Below are positions 21,126 to 31,493 of a DNA stretch of 64,000 nt, piece after piece. The first letter of the stretch is position 1, and each line of letters opens with the position of its first letter. Source of the stretch: a candidate division FCPU426 bacterium. GTDB taxonomy: Bacteria > Oederibacteriota > Muellerivitia > Muellerivitales > Muellerivitaceae. The stretch is from assembly GCA_963738405.1 (NCBI GenBank), contig CAVTWJ010000011.1, forward strand, positions 1 to 64,000, read 5' to 3'. Both the position numbers and the translations under genes were made by a program. Under the pieces are notes generated by a model that saw nothing but the letters and a program-made list of their open reading frames with translations, was not told the origin of the DNA and searched no databases.

Positions 21126-22115
21126 ATGCCGACGCAAAACGAAGAATTAACCCAGGAAGGCCAGCGCCTGAGCGAGCAGTTTCAAAAGGCCAAGCTTGAG
21201 GTTCAAAAGGTCATTGTGGGTCAGGGGGATTTAATTGAACGCCTGCTTTTGGGGTTGTTAACCCGGGGCCACTTGCTTTTGGAAGGCTTACCCGGATTGG
21301 CCAAGACCCTTGCGGTCAAGACCCTGGCGGAGGTGTTGGGGGTTGGCTTTAGCCGTATTCAATTCACCCCCGATCTTCTTCCCGCCGACCTTTTAGGAAC
21401 CCGCATCTATAACCCTTCCAAGGGCGACTTTAAGACCCAAAAAGGGCCTGTTTTCGCCAATCTTGTATTAGCCGATGAAATCAACCGGGCACCCGCCAAG
21501 GTGCAGTCGGCCCTGCTGGAGGCTATGCAGGAACACCAGGTCACCATCGGCCCGGACACCTTTAAGCTGGATGAGCCCTTTTTCGTCATGGCGACCCAAA
21601 ACCCCATTGAGCATGAGGGAACCTATCCCCTCCCGGAAGCTCAGGTTGACCGCTTCTTAATGAAAATTTTCGTGGGATATCCCACCTTTGATGAGGAAAA
21701 AGAAATCATTGAACGGATGACCCGAGGCCTGACCTTTAAGACCTCGGAAGTTCTTTCGTCCCAGGCCATTTTGAAGGCCCAGAAACAGGTGGATGGGATT
21801 TTCGTGGGAGAGGCTTTAAAAGATTATGTGGTTCATTTGGTAACGGCCACTCGACGCCCCAAGGATTACCAGCTTCCAGCTCTTCAGCCCCTGATCGAGT
21901 ACGGAGCCAGCCCACGCGCTTCCATGGGTCTGACGGTCGCGGCCAAGGCGAGAGCCTTCCTCAACGGCAGGGGTTACGCCACGCCGGACGATGTCAAGGC
22001 ATTGGCGGCCGATATCATCCGCCACCGCTTAATCCTCACTTACGAAGCGGAGGCGCAAAATCTCACCACCGACCAGGTAATCGCGCAAATATTGGCCAAA
22101 GTGCCGGTACCGTGA
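21126..22115 (+). CDS. moxR: MoxR-family AAA+ ATPase
   Basis: EGLPGLAKT, RIQFTPDLLPAD, DEINRA, ATQNPIEHEGTYPLPEAQ. Confidence 0.96.
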   Translation: MPTQNEELTQEGQRLSEQFQKAKLEVQKVIVGQGDLIERLLLGLLTRGHLLLEGLPGLAKTLAVKTLAEVLGVGFSRIQFTPDLLPADLLGTRIYNPSKGDFKTQKGPVFANLVLADEINRAPAKVQSALLEAMQEHQVTIGPDTFKLDEPFFVMATQNPIEHEGTYPLPEAQVDRFLMKIFVGYPTFDEEKEIIERMTRGLTFKTSEVLSSQAILKAQKQVDGIFVGEALKDYVVHLVTATRRPKDYQLPALQPLIEYGASPRASMGLTVAAKARAFLNGRGYATPDDVKALAADIIRHRLILTYEAEAQNLTTDQVIAQILAKVPVP

Positions 22116-23155
22116 AAGTGCTGATCCGCCAAAAGAAAAATAGTCTCCCGAATCAATCGGGAATAGGAAAGTTCCTTTTCATCGGCACTTTCCTTTTGTT
22201 GATGTCGGGCTGCGGATCCAAACCCCACTACGTTCAAAACGAACTTCCCTTGCCCCCTTCGGAAGATTCAGGAATACATAACGGCGAATTTTTTCAAGCG
22301 CAGTATGGTTTTGCCTTTCCGGTGCCCGCCAAATGGATGAATCTGAGTCTCTCGGAAGACCAGGAGGTGGATGAAGTCGCCCGTTTTTCGGACCCCCAAA
22401 ATATTCTTATCGCAAGGTTCGCCGTACAACTTTTGCCCTCTGAGCAAGCGTTTTCAGAGAAGGACTGGTCCGCCTGGGTTGAAAAAGATTTACAGGCCCG
22501 CCAATTCCAAGTGGAATCGAAGGATGGAAGGGAAGAATGGAAAACTCTGGGAACTGAAAAATGGGTATCACAAAACTTTCATGTTTTGGACGTCAAACAA
22601 AAAGGCTGGTTAGATATTGAATGGGCTTTAAATCGGGGCGATTTTCTTCTCATTGTTCACGCGACTCTGCCTGAAGAAACGGCTTCGACGGATGAGGGCA
22701 AAAAGTTGCGAAAAGCTTTGGAAGGCTCTCTTACAAGGATCCACTGGTATATGCCCGTCGGCCCAAGGGGCATTTCACAGGAGCGTTATGAGCTTCAGGC
22801 TTTTACCGATGGTTTCTTGCAGGCTTTAGAATCCGGGTCGTTGGAAAAGACTTATTTGTTTTTTGACGATCTATATCCCGCTAGGGCGGAGTGGGCTGCT
22901 TGGTACCAACAGGCCTTGAATGGTAAAGACACAAAAACTATTCATTTAAAGGCCGCATTGGGAGGGCTAGTGATCAATGGTGAAAATGCCACAGCTACTT
23001 TTTTCTTAACCCTGGATAATCCGGCAATTTCCAAACCCGAGAAGTTTGAAAGAAGTTTCAAACTGTCTAAAAAAGAAAGAATCTGGAAAATTACCGAACC
23101 AACTGGAAAATCTAGTTCATTGCCCATGAAGGCTCCGCTCAAAGGCACCAACTGA
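22112..23155 (+). CDS. Hypothetical lipoprotein
   Basis: Lipobox LMSGC; GTGA overlap with moxR. Confidence 0.7.
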   Translation: MKVLIRQKKNSLPNQSGIGKFLFIGTFLLLMSGCGSKPHYVQNELPLPPSEDSGIHNGEFFQAQYGFAFPVPAKWMNLSLSEDQEVDEVARFSDPQNILIARFAVQLLPSEQAFSEKDWSAWVEKDLQARQFQVESKDGREEWKTLGTEKWVSQNFHVLDVKQKGWLDIEWALNRGDFLLIVHATLPEETASTDEGKKLRKALEGSLTRIHWYMPVGPRGISQERYELQAFTDGFLQALESGSLEKTYLFFDDLYPARAEWAAWYQQALNGKDTKTIHLKAALGGLVINGENATATFFLTLDNPAISKPEKFERSFKLSKKERIWKITEPTGKSSSLPMKAPLKGTN

Positions 23156-23362
23156 TAAAGACTATTTGATGTGTGGATTTTTTTGTTTAGATACGGCCTT
23201 TTCTCTTATCTCCATGTCATGACCTTCCCCAGAGTCCCGGTTTAACCAAGGATATAAGCTAAAAACGTTCTTTTACGGCCCATTGTGCAGGTCGAAAACA
23301 ATGGTAGAATTAGCGTTAAACCGTTTCCCGTTTTCTTATTTAGGGTCGAATAAGGGGAGCAT

Positions 23363-23760
23363 TTGCTCATTTCTATCACATTACTATTTCTTGCCCGTCT
23401 TTTTAAACCTCGATTGACCCAAAGACATTTAGCCTCGTTGGGCCTTATTGGATTGTTGTTCCTGTTAACTACTTCCGTTTTGGCCCAAAGTTATTTTGGA
23501 AACAAGGCCGCCTTTGCCCCGCCAAGCAATGACGCATCGATGAACAATTCGGATTTTTTTCATGTTCCTGTGTCCCGGCCCCGTCAGGCAATTAATAACC
23601 TTCACTAAAATAACGAGTCAACCGCATGAACCCTGGTAGTTACCACTTCACCTGGGATGGGTGAAACCGTTTGGGTCATTTCGTGGGGAACGGTGTTTAT
23701 TTGGTGGTGATCGAGCAACCATCAGGCAATTTCATAAGAAAAGTCATTGTTTTTAAGTGA
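23363..23760 (+). pseudogene. Remnant of a secreted CTD-bearing gene: signal-peptide ORF (23363-23608) plus out-of-frame CTD fragment (23626-23760) with internal TGA
   Basis: 23626-23760 translates MNPGSYHFTWDG*NRLGHFVGNGVYLVVIEQPSGNFIRKVIVFK*, colinear with the last 135 nt of the 23855-30502 gene (104/135 nt identical by hand count). Confidence 0.75.
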
Positions 23761-23854
23761 AAATGTGCTGATTTGAGTAGGCTTGTTTAACTTTAAACCG
23801 TGGTAAAATTTAAGTAATTATGGGTCAAAAAGTTAAATTTTTACGCATTTCAAC

Positions 23855-26800
23855 ATGTCCATGAAAAACAAAATACGAATTCTATCCCTCGTCCTGTGCA
23901 TTGGTTTCGCCGGGCTGTTGATGGCGTTTGTTGTTGTGAAACCTCTTCCGCATTCCGTACCAGGCGGTCCAGCGTCCAGGCCCAAACTCATACCTTCCGC
24001 GCCGGATGAGGCAGTTCAACTGACTCTCAACAAAAACTACGGAAAACTTCCGCTTTGTTTTGAACCTAACCCCCTGGAAGGATCGAGACAGGGTCCGCCG
24101 GAAGTGAAATTTATTTCTCGGGGAAGCGGATACACCCTCTACCTCACCCAGGCGGAGGCGGTGTTTGTCCTGAAAAAAGGCGGTTCGAATGCGAACCAGT
24201 CCGGACGCCTCCACCCTCTCCCCTTGGCGGAAAAATCGGAAGTTTTGCACTTGAGGATAGTAGGCGGAAACCGGAAGGCGGCAACTGAGGGCTCGGGACA
24301 AATGCCGGGTCAAACCAACTACTTTATCGGCAATGACCCTTCCCGATGGCGGACAAACGTTCCCCAGTATGCGCAGATGAAGCTGAAAGGCGTCTATCCG
24401 GGAATCGACATGGTCTATTACGGGAGCCAGGGGAAGCTGGAATATGATTTTGTGCTGGCTCCAGGCGCAAATCCAAAAAACATCCGCTTGAGGTGGGATG
24501 GCGCGAAAGGCTCGAAGGTGGATGGGGCAGGGAATTTGGTTTTAATGGCAAAAGATGGAAATGTAGTTTTTAAAGCCCCTGTCATTTATCAAATGAAGAA
24601 CGGCGAAAAACAACCCTTGGATGGGCGCTACGCGATGGTTGGGAAAAACGAAATAGGGTTCGAGGTGGCAGGCTACGACACTTCCCAACCTCTGGTCATT
24701 GACCCGCAGTTGGACTATTCCACCTACCTCGGAACCCTTGGATATGACTATGGTGACGGCCTTGCGGTGGATTCGTCGGGAAACGCCTATCTGGTGGGAT
24801 ACACCAACGGAAATTTCCCGACATCCACCGGCGCCTATCAATCGACATTCACAGGCAATGACGACGTATTTGTGACGAAAATAAACTCCTCCGGAACAAC
24901 CCTTCTCTATTCCTCCTACTTGGGAGGGGGCGGCTACAATTACGGGACTGCCATCGCGGTGGATGGATCGGGAAACATCTATGTCACGGGCCAGGCGGGG
25001 AATGCTTTTCCAACCACGTCCGGGGCCTACCAAACAAGCTGGACTTCGGGGAATTCACCTGCCTTCATCAGCAAGTTCAATCCCTCCTTAAACGGTATTG
25101 CTTCCTTGGTTTATTCGACTTATTTAGGAGGGAACGGTACGGGAGCCAAATATGGTTCCGGCATCGCGGTGGATTCGTCGGGAAATATTTATGTGACGGG
25201 TTTTACCGCTGCGAACAACTTCCCAACGACGAGCGGAGCTTACCAAAGCGCCATGGGTACGGGATCCACTCAAAACGCCTTCTTGGTCAAACTGACTCCG
25301 GCGGGCGGGGGGGCGAACGACCTGCTTTATTCCACCTATCTGGGGGGAAATAGCACCGATTCGGGTACCGCCATCGCGGTGGATTCGTCGGGGATCGCCT
25401 ATATAACCGGAAACACCAAATCAACCAATTTTCCAACAACCGGTGGGGCTTATCAAACGGGGCTTGTTGGGACTGCCGATGTTTTTGTCACGAAGCTCAA
25501 TCCAGCCATCAGCGGAGCGGGCGGCCTGCTTTATTCGACCTACCTGGGTGCGGGCGGGGGACAAGGCATCGCGGTAGATTCATCCGGAAACATTTATATT
25601 ACAGGCGGGAGTAGCGGGAACTTCCCTACGACCAGCGGAGCCTATCAAACCGTTTTCGCCGGCGATCAAGATGTGATTTTTGCCAAGATCAACCCATCCT
25701 CAAGTGGCACGGGTAGTTTGCTTTACTCGACTTACCTGGGGGGGAGTACCAATTTCACGGACACCGGCGCTGCCATAGCCGTTGACGGATCGGGAAACGC
25801 CTATATCACTGGCAATACGGGCATTGCGACCGGAAGTATTCCCACGACCGGCGATGCTTACCAGCCAAGTTATGGTTTTGGGTCCGCCGATGCCTTTTTG
25901 ATGAAACTGCATCCCGCTGGAAATGGCGCCAGTGATTTGGTTTATTCGACCTATTTGGGAGGGAGTCAAGCCGATATCGGCACGGGCATCGCGATTGATC
26001 CATCGGGAAATATTTATGTGGGGGGGTATACCGCTTCCACCAATTTCCCAACGACCAGCGGGGCTTACCAAATCGCAGAGGGAGGCGGCAATTATTCCGT
26101 TTTCGTCACTAAATTTGACGTTGCCGCTTTTAATACTCCAACTATTACTTCCACCCCCACCTTAACGCTCTCACCCACCTACAGCCCCACCCCGTCTCCC
26201 ACTCTGGCCTGTCCCCTTGGGGAGGTTTCCGCTTTCTCTACCTCCGGCAACAACGTCAGCAGCTTGAATCTTGGCGGCATTATTGTGAACGGCACAAATA
26301 CCCTACTGTTGCTTGAGATCGCCATTGAAAGCCCGGCTGTCACCGTTACCTCCATTAGCGATACCCAGGGAAACACCTTTTTGCCCCTGCCGTCTGGGAA
26401 TCCTTACACCGCCAACGGGAATACCCTCGAGGTCTTTTACGCCAAAAACCCCGGTTCGGCTACGGATAACGTCACGGTTCTATTGTCTGGAACCGCGAGT
26501 GCCTATCTGGGCGCCGTTGGTTATCAGGGGGTCAACCAAGTTGGAAGCCCCATCGGGGGCGTTTCAACGAACGCGGTGACGACCGCAAACACCGTGGGAG
26601 GGGACACGATCACGACCTTCGCGCCCAACAGCCGGGTGGCAGGTTTTTGCCAGATTTCCAATAGCGGGAATATCACCGTTAACTCTCCTCAGGTTTTGCG
26701 GTGGACTAACAGCACGGTAGGGGAAACCGCCGAAGAGGACGACCAGCCGACGGGGAATCCCGGAACCTATTCCACTAGTTATTCTGTTTCAAGCTCAACT

Positions 26801-29800
26801 AATTTCACCATGATGGCTGTAGAAATTGAGGCTTCGGGCTGTACCACCCCTACATTCACCAATACCCTTACCATCACCCCGACCATGCCTTGTGTTTCGC
26901 CAACCCCCACAACTACCTCAACGCCTTCGGGTTACTACTTGGCCGCGGCTGTTACCTACAACGGCTCTTACGGACCGGTTGGTTTTCCCCATACCATGTT
27001 CGTGGGTCTTTTCCCCTCCACGGGAACCATGAATGGGCCTATTAATTCACAAGTGGTGACCACTAACGGCCCGGTCACCATCTACGCGCCTTCTCCTGGA
27101 AACTACGACGTGGCGGCGATCTTTAACCGGGCTGGGTTCCCGGTAAACCAGATTGCCCATGTGGGGGATCCGGCCACTGTATACGGCGCCGTCAGCTGCG
27201 GCCAGCAGGTCGGCATTCCCGTCCTGGTAAACCCTGTCGGAAACGTTACCATTAATTTCGACGATAGCTGCCTCGTCCCTGGAACCAGCGGGGGACTCAC
27301 ATATACGGGCAATTTGGCCACGATCAGTTTTTGCCAAAGGATCTTTGTCCAGTCCTTCAGCGACCCGGACTATACCCTTCAGGTAGATCAGAACAACTTT
27401 ACGGCCAATGACACGACCTATGAATTGAACGATTCCAGCGTTCCGGCCGGGTCGTCCCTCTACCTGCGGGCCTTCGTGGACTTGACGGGCGGACAAACCA
27501 TCGCCTGCGGGGACCCCTATATTGAACTGGGCCAATACACCGTCAATTCTTCCAACACATCCAACACGATCAACTTTGGCGACGCCAACATTTGGTGCCA
27601 AACCACGCCCACCTATCCGCCCACCTGGACGATCACCCCGACCTTTACCGCGACTCCGGTTTTCACACCCACTATCACCCCCACCCTTCCGGCGCCGAAC
27701 TTTACCCTGACCGACAACCCCATTGCCGATTCGGCGGCAGTCAGCGGTTTGCAAATGTTCACTGTAGATTTTAACTTTGGCAATACTACGGGGGTCACCC
27801 TCATCACTTCGGTGCCGGCCAATACCACCCTGATCGAACCAGGTTACCAGGAAAGCGGGGCGGTGAGCGGGGCTGGGCCGGGAAGCGCGGTAACATGGAC
27901 TCTGTACAACAACGTGACCGCGTCGCCCCAACAGCAGGGGTCGGTTTACATGCTCTTAAGGGTGAACGCGGGGGTCACCACGGGAACGGTTATTTCCAAC
28001 GCGGTTACGGGCATCGCCAACGGCATCGGGACGGTTATTTCCAATACCGCCACGGCCGTCGTGGGACCCAACCTGAGTATCGCCAAGTCCGAGTCGGAAA
28101 TTTTGGGAAGCTTGGGCGATTCGGTTACCTACCACCTCAATTGGTCGGTTTCGGGAGAAACCCTGGGGTTGATTGACACTTACGATTATTTGTCGGGCGG
28201 GATTACCAACATTATAGGAGCGGATGGGACTTCCTATACTTCCTACAGCGGGCCGGTGAGCTGGAGTTCGTGGATCTCGACCAATTCGAACGTGTTCCTT
28301 GAAGCCTTCGGTTCTGGGGTGACGGGTTACCTGCTTCGAAACGCCCCCATCACGCTGTATGGCAATTACGCCATGTTTGGAAATGTTTATTTAGACCCAA
28401 ATGACAATCCCTCCAATGCCGGGATGGTGCTTGCGGCCGACGCAACCAACCAAAACGCCTATGTGGCGGGTCTTTCGGGTTCGGCCAACCCCGGGAACCT
28501 TTATTTGCAAAAGATCACTTCGGGAAACACTTCCAACATCCTCGGGTCTATCAATAACGCTACCCTGCCCACCACGGTGGGGTCGGGCAATTGGTACAGC
28601 CTCGAAGCCTATGTGGGCAGCAGCGGCGTCACCGGAAGCCCTGTTAGCATTTACCTAAAAACCTACCAAAGGGGCCAACCCCCGCCATCCAACTGGGCGA
28701 TCACCGTGGTGGATAACAGTCCCCTCCCTACCGCCGGGGTCGTCTATCAAGCGGGTTGGCAGGCATCTGGAAGCAGCGCCGTTTCTGGCCTGGGCGCTTT
28801 CGACAATTTGCAGGTTTATTTACCCAATGCCCCGGTCAGCACCAATATTGTGGATACCCTGCCAACGGGTATGACTTATGTTAGCTCGATCCCAGCGGCC
28901 CCGGTTACCTCACCCGAGGTTGCTTGGAATTTCCCACCCACCATTTATGGAGGGATGGGTAATTACACCCTTGTGGCGCAGGTCACAACCCCATGCCAAG
29001 GAACGATTGTTAACCAGGCTTCGATCAACGCCTCAAACTCTCTTTCGGGCTTTTCGAACCCGGTGACACTTACCATTGCCTGCCCGAACACGCCCACCAA
29101 CACCATGACGGTCACGCCCACGCAAACGATGACCGCCACCCCGACCGCGACCTTGACCTTCACGCAGACGGCAACCTCCACCAATACACAGACCGCTACG
29201 CCCACCTTTACTCAAACAGCCACACCGACCTTTACGCAGACTGTCACGCCAACTTTCACCCAAACCGCCACGCCCACGTTTACACAGACGGCAACCACCA
29301 CCTTTACGCAAACGGCTACCCCCACGAGCACCCAGACTGCTACCCCGACCGTTACCAAGACAGCGACTCTGACTTTCACGCAGACGGCCACACCCACCTA
29401 TACACAGACGGCGACCCCGACCTCCACGCCAACACAAACCCCAACCAATACCCAGACTTTGGTTTTTACCCCGACGGTCACTAGGACCTTTACGACGACC
29501 GCGACTCCTACATTCACCCAAACGGCAACCCCCACCTTTACCCAAACCGCCACGTCCACCTTCACACAAACGGCGACCCTCACCTTTACGCAGACAGCGA
29601 TCCCAACGGTTACTAAGACCGCCACACAAACATCCACACCCACTTCCACTCAAACCGCTACTCCAACTTTCACGCAAACCGCGACGCCTACTGTTACCAA
29701 AACGGCTACCTTGACCTTTACACCAACCTTGACCTCCACGGTTACGCAGACAGCCACAACCACAAGCACACCGACCAACACGGGTACCTTCACCTCGACC

Positions 29801-30502
29801 TTTACCACTACTTCCACGTCTACGAATTCGCCAACCGTGACTGCGACCTTTACTTTCACCTCAACGCCAACGACGACTCCTACGAAAACACAGACGGCAA
29901 CCCTTACCGCTAGCCCAACTCAAACCGCCACTTTCACCCAAACATCCACCTTCACGGCCGTATTTACCTCTACCCCCACTTGGACCCCATCCCCCACCAA
30001 TAGCCCCACGGCAACCTTTACCCCTTCCAATACCCCCACTTGGACCCCCAGCTTTACCGTGACCTGGACTAACACCCCCACCCAAACCCCTACGCTTACT
30101 TTCACCTCATCGCCAACGCAAACCAATACCGTGACCTTTACGCCAACCATTACCTTTACTCCCACTATTACCCTGTCGCCCACCCCCACCGGGTCAGTCA
30201 CTAATACTCCCACACCCGATGTGCCCATGTACCTGTCGGATAACTTTTTCAACCCGACTACTGGGGCCACTTTGGGAATAGATGTGCTGGTGGGGCAGGG
30301 CGGGGAAGTAAAGATCATCGTTTACAACATGCTGGCGGAAGAGGTGGATAAGCTAGTGGATCAAAGTCTTAACCCCGGCAGTTTCCATTTCACTTGGGAT
30401 GGGCGCAATAGTTTTGGGAATTTAGTGGGGAACGGCGTTTATTTGGTTTTGATTGAACAACCCTCGGGCAATTTCACGAGAAAAGTAATCGTCTTAAAAT
30501 AG
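23855..30502 (+). CDS. 2215-aa secreted surface protein: SBBP-type 7-repeat beta-propeller, Ig/DUF11-like domains, Thr-rich stalk, FlgD-Ig/T9SS-like CTD
   Basis: Signal peptide; seven YS(T/S)YLG repeats; VDTLPTGMTYVSS DUF11-like motif; TATPTFTQ repeats; C-terminal NFFNP..WDGRN..GNGVYLV..RKVIVLK. Confidence 0.88.
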   Translation: MSMKNKIRILSLVLCIGFAGLLMAFVVVKPLPHSVPGGPASRPKLIPSAPDEAVQLTLNKNYGKLPLCFEPNPLEGSRQGPPEVKFISRGSGYTLYLTQAEAVFVLKKGGSNANQSGRLHPLPLAEKSEVLHLRIVGGNRKAATEGSGQMPGQTNYFIGNDPSRWRTNVPQYAQMKLKGVYPGIDMVYYGSQGKLEYDFVLAPGANPKNIRLRWDGAKGSKVDGAGNLVLMAKDGNVVFKAPVIYQMKNGEKQPLDGRYAMVGKNEIGFEVAGYDTSQPLVIDPQLDYSTYLGTLGYDYGDGLAVDSSGNAYLVGYTNGNFPTSTGAYQSTFTGNDDVFVTKINSSGTTLLYSSYLGGGGYNYGTAIAVDGSGNIYVTGQAGNAFPTTSGAYQTSWTSGNSPAFISKFNPSLNGIASLVYSTYLGGNGTGAKYGSGIAVDSSGNIYVTGFTAANNFPTTSGAYQSAMGTGSTQNAFLVKLTPAGGGANDLLYSTYLGGNSTDSGTAIAVDSSGIAYITGNTKSTNFPTTGGAYQTGLVGTADVFVTKLNPAISGAGGLLYSTYLGAGGGQGIAVDSSGNIYITGGSSGNFPTTSGAYQTVFAGDQDVIFAKINPSSSGTGSLLYSTYLGGSTNFTDTGAAIAVDGSGNAYITGNTGIATGSIPTTGDAYQPSYGFGSADAFLMKLHPAGNGASDLVYSTYLGGSQADIGTGIAIDPSGNIYVGGYTASTNFPTTSGAYQIAEGGGNYSVFVTKFDVAAFNTPTITSTPTLTLSPTYSPTPSPTLACPLGEVSAFSTSGNNVSSLNLGGIIVNGTNTLLLLEIAIESPAVTVTSISDTQGNTFLPLPSGNPYTANGNTLEVFYAKNPGSATDNVTVLLSGTASAYLGAVGYQGVNQVGSPIGGVSTNAVTTANTVGGDTITTFAPNSRVAGFCQISNSGNITVNSPQVLRWTNSTVGETAEEDDQPTGNPGTYSTSYSVSSSTNFTMMAVEIEASGCTTPTFTNTLTITPTMPCVSPTPTTTSTPSGYYLAAAVTYNGSYGPVGFPHTMFVGLFPSTGTMNGPINSQVVTTNGPVTIYAPSPGNYDVAAIFNRAGFPVNQIAHVGDPATVYGAVSCGQQVGIPVLVNPVGNVTINFDDSCLVPGTSGGLTYTGNLATISFCQRIFVQSFSDPDYTLQVDQNNFTANDTTYELNDSSVPAGSSLYLRAFVDLTGGQTIACGDPYIELGQYTVNSSNTSNTINFGDANIWCQTTPTYPPTWTITPTFTATPVFTPTITPTLPAPNFTLTDNPIADSAAVSGLQMFTVDFNFGNTTGVTLITSVPANTTLIEPGYQESGAVSGAGPGSAVTWTLYNNVTASPQQQGSVYMLLRVNAGVTTGTVISNAVTGIANGIGTVISNTATAVVGPNLSIAKSESEILGSLGDSVTYHLNWSVSGETLGLIDTYDYLSGGITNIIGADGTSYTSYSGPVSWSSWISTNSNVFLEAFGSGVTGYLLRNAPITLYGNYAMFGNVYLDPNDNPSNAGMVLAADATNQNAYVAGLSGSANPGNLYLQKITSGNTSNILGSINNATLPTTVGSGNWYSLEAYVGSSGVTGSPVSIYLKTYQRGQPPPSNWAITVVDNSPLPTAGVVYQAGWQASGSSAVSGLGAFDNLQVYLPNAPVSTNIVDTLPTGMTYVSSIPAAPVTSPEVAWNFPPTIYGGMGNYTLVAQVTTPCQGTIVNQASINASNSLSGFSNPVTLTIACPNTPTNTMTVTPTQTMTATPTATLTFTQTATSTNTQTATPTFTQTATPTFTQTVTPTFTQTATPTFTQTATTTFTQTATPTSTQTATPTVTKTATLTFTQTATPTYTQTATPTSTPTQTPTNTQTLVFTPTVTRTFTTTATPTFTQTATPTFTQTATSTFTQTATLTFTQTAIPTVTKTATQTSTPTSTQTATPTFTQTATPTVTKTATLTFTPTLTSTVTQTATTTSTPTNTGTFTSTFTTTSTSTNSPTVTATFTFTSTPTTTPTKTQTATLTASPTQTATFTQTSTFTAVFTSTPTWTPSPTNSPTATFTPSNTPTWTPSFTVTWTNTPTQTPTLTFTSSPTQTNTVTFTPTITFTPTITLSPTPTGSVTNTPTPDVPMYLSDNFFNPTTGATLGIDVLVGQGGEVKIIVYNMLAEEVDKLVDQSLNPGSFHFTWDGRNSFGNLVGNGVYLVLIEQPSGNFTRKVIVLK
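29090..30220 (+). repeat. Coding Thr-alternating repeat tract (octapeptide consensus TATPTFTQ in its most regular part)
   Basis: Thr, or occasionally Ser, at nearly every second residue for ~370 aa; synonymous codons vary between units. Confidence 0.9.
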
Positions 30503-30599
30503 CCACGAGCCGCGTCATTTCCAATATTTCCAACCCCAAGATCCATTCCCCCAAGGCTATAATCCCATCGGTTTATTCAGATTAACCCCAGGAGGGTTT

Positions 30600-31472
30600 A
30601 TGCGCAGCATGACGGGTTTTGGCCGTGGCACGGGCCAGGGAAAGACAGTCCAGGTTGTGGCGGAGGTGAAGACGGTCAACCATAAGTACCACGATATTTC
30701 CCTCAAGGTGCCTTTGTCTTACCAGTTTTTGGAAACCGAAATGCGTGAACTTATCCTGGCCTCGGTCACCCGCGGCAAGGTGGATTTTTTCCTGAAAGAC
30801 CTTTCCCCTAACCGCTCCCGTGTCGTGGAAATCAATGAGCCGCTCTTGGCGCAATATCTTCAAGCGGCCCACAAAGCCGCCAAAAAACACAAGCTCAAGG
30901 GTGAATTTACCGTTGAGTCGCTTCTCAAATTGCCGGATGTCATGATGGTGGTTGAATCGGACCGCCAAGAAGCCGATCAAAAAAAGGCCGCGGTGGAAGC
31001 GGTGGCCGAAGCCTTGAAGGCCCTCGAGAAAATGAGGCAGTCGGAAGGAGCCCGACTGGCCAAGGATATTCTGGAAAGGGCCAAGGATATTTCGGCCACG
31101 GTTCAAACCCTTCGCATTCGGCACAAAACGGTGGTGGCCGAGAAAATGAAAGTTTTCAAAGATAAAATTGCGGAATTTCTTCCCGAACCCCTTCAAGATC
31201 AGACCCGGGTCGCTACCGAGGAGGCGGTGATCCTCCAGCGTTTTGATATCTCGGAAGAGATGACCCGGCTGGACAGCCATTTAACCGCCATGCAGGAAAC
31301 GCTCCGGGAAAAGGGAAGCGTGGGACGAAAACTTGATTTCCTCATTCAGGAAATGAACAGGGAAACCAACACCATCGGATCAAAATCCGCCGATTCCAAG
31401 ATGGCCCATGGGGTGGTGAGATTAAAGGAACTTTTGGAGCAGATTCGGGAACAAATTCAAAACATTGAGTAA
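30600..31472 (+). CDS. yicC: YicC/YloC family endoribonuclease
   Basis: MRSMTGFG, VNHKY, GRKLDFLIQEMNRETNTIGSK, REQIQNIE. Confidence 0.95.
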   Translation: MRSMTGFGRGTGQGKTVQVVAEVKTVNHKYHDISLKVPLSYQFLETEMRELILASVTRGKVDFFLKDLSPNRSRVVEINEPLLAQYLQAAHKAAKKHKLKGEFTVESLLKLPDVMMVVESDRQEADQKKAAVEAVAEALKALEKMRQSEGARLAKDILERAKDISATVQTLRIRHKTVVAEKMKVFKDKIAEFLPEPLQDQTRVATEEAVILQRFDISEEMTRLDSHLTAMQETLREKGSVGRKLDFLIQEMNRETNTIGSKSADSKMAHGVVRLKELLEQIREQIQNIE

Positions 31473-31493
31473 TTACTTTTGAGAAAGCCATTC

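Noticed and set aside
23662..23664. In-frame TGA as selenocysteine or recoded stop
   Set aside because: It aligns with Arg (CGC), not Cys or Trp, and TGA is the normal stop of many genes here
23626..30502. DGR template/variable repeat pair (23626-23760 vs 30368-30502)
   Set aside because: Mismatches are mostly third-position and involve all four bases rather than being adenine-specific; no reverse transcriptase in the window
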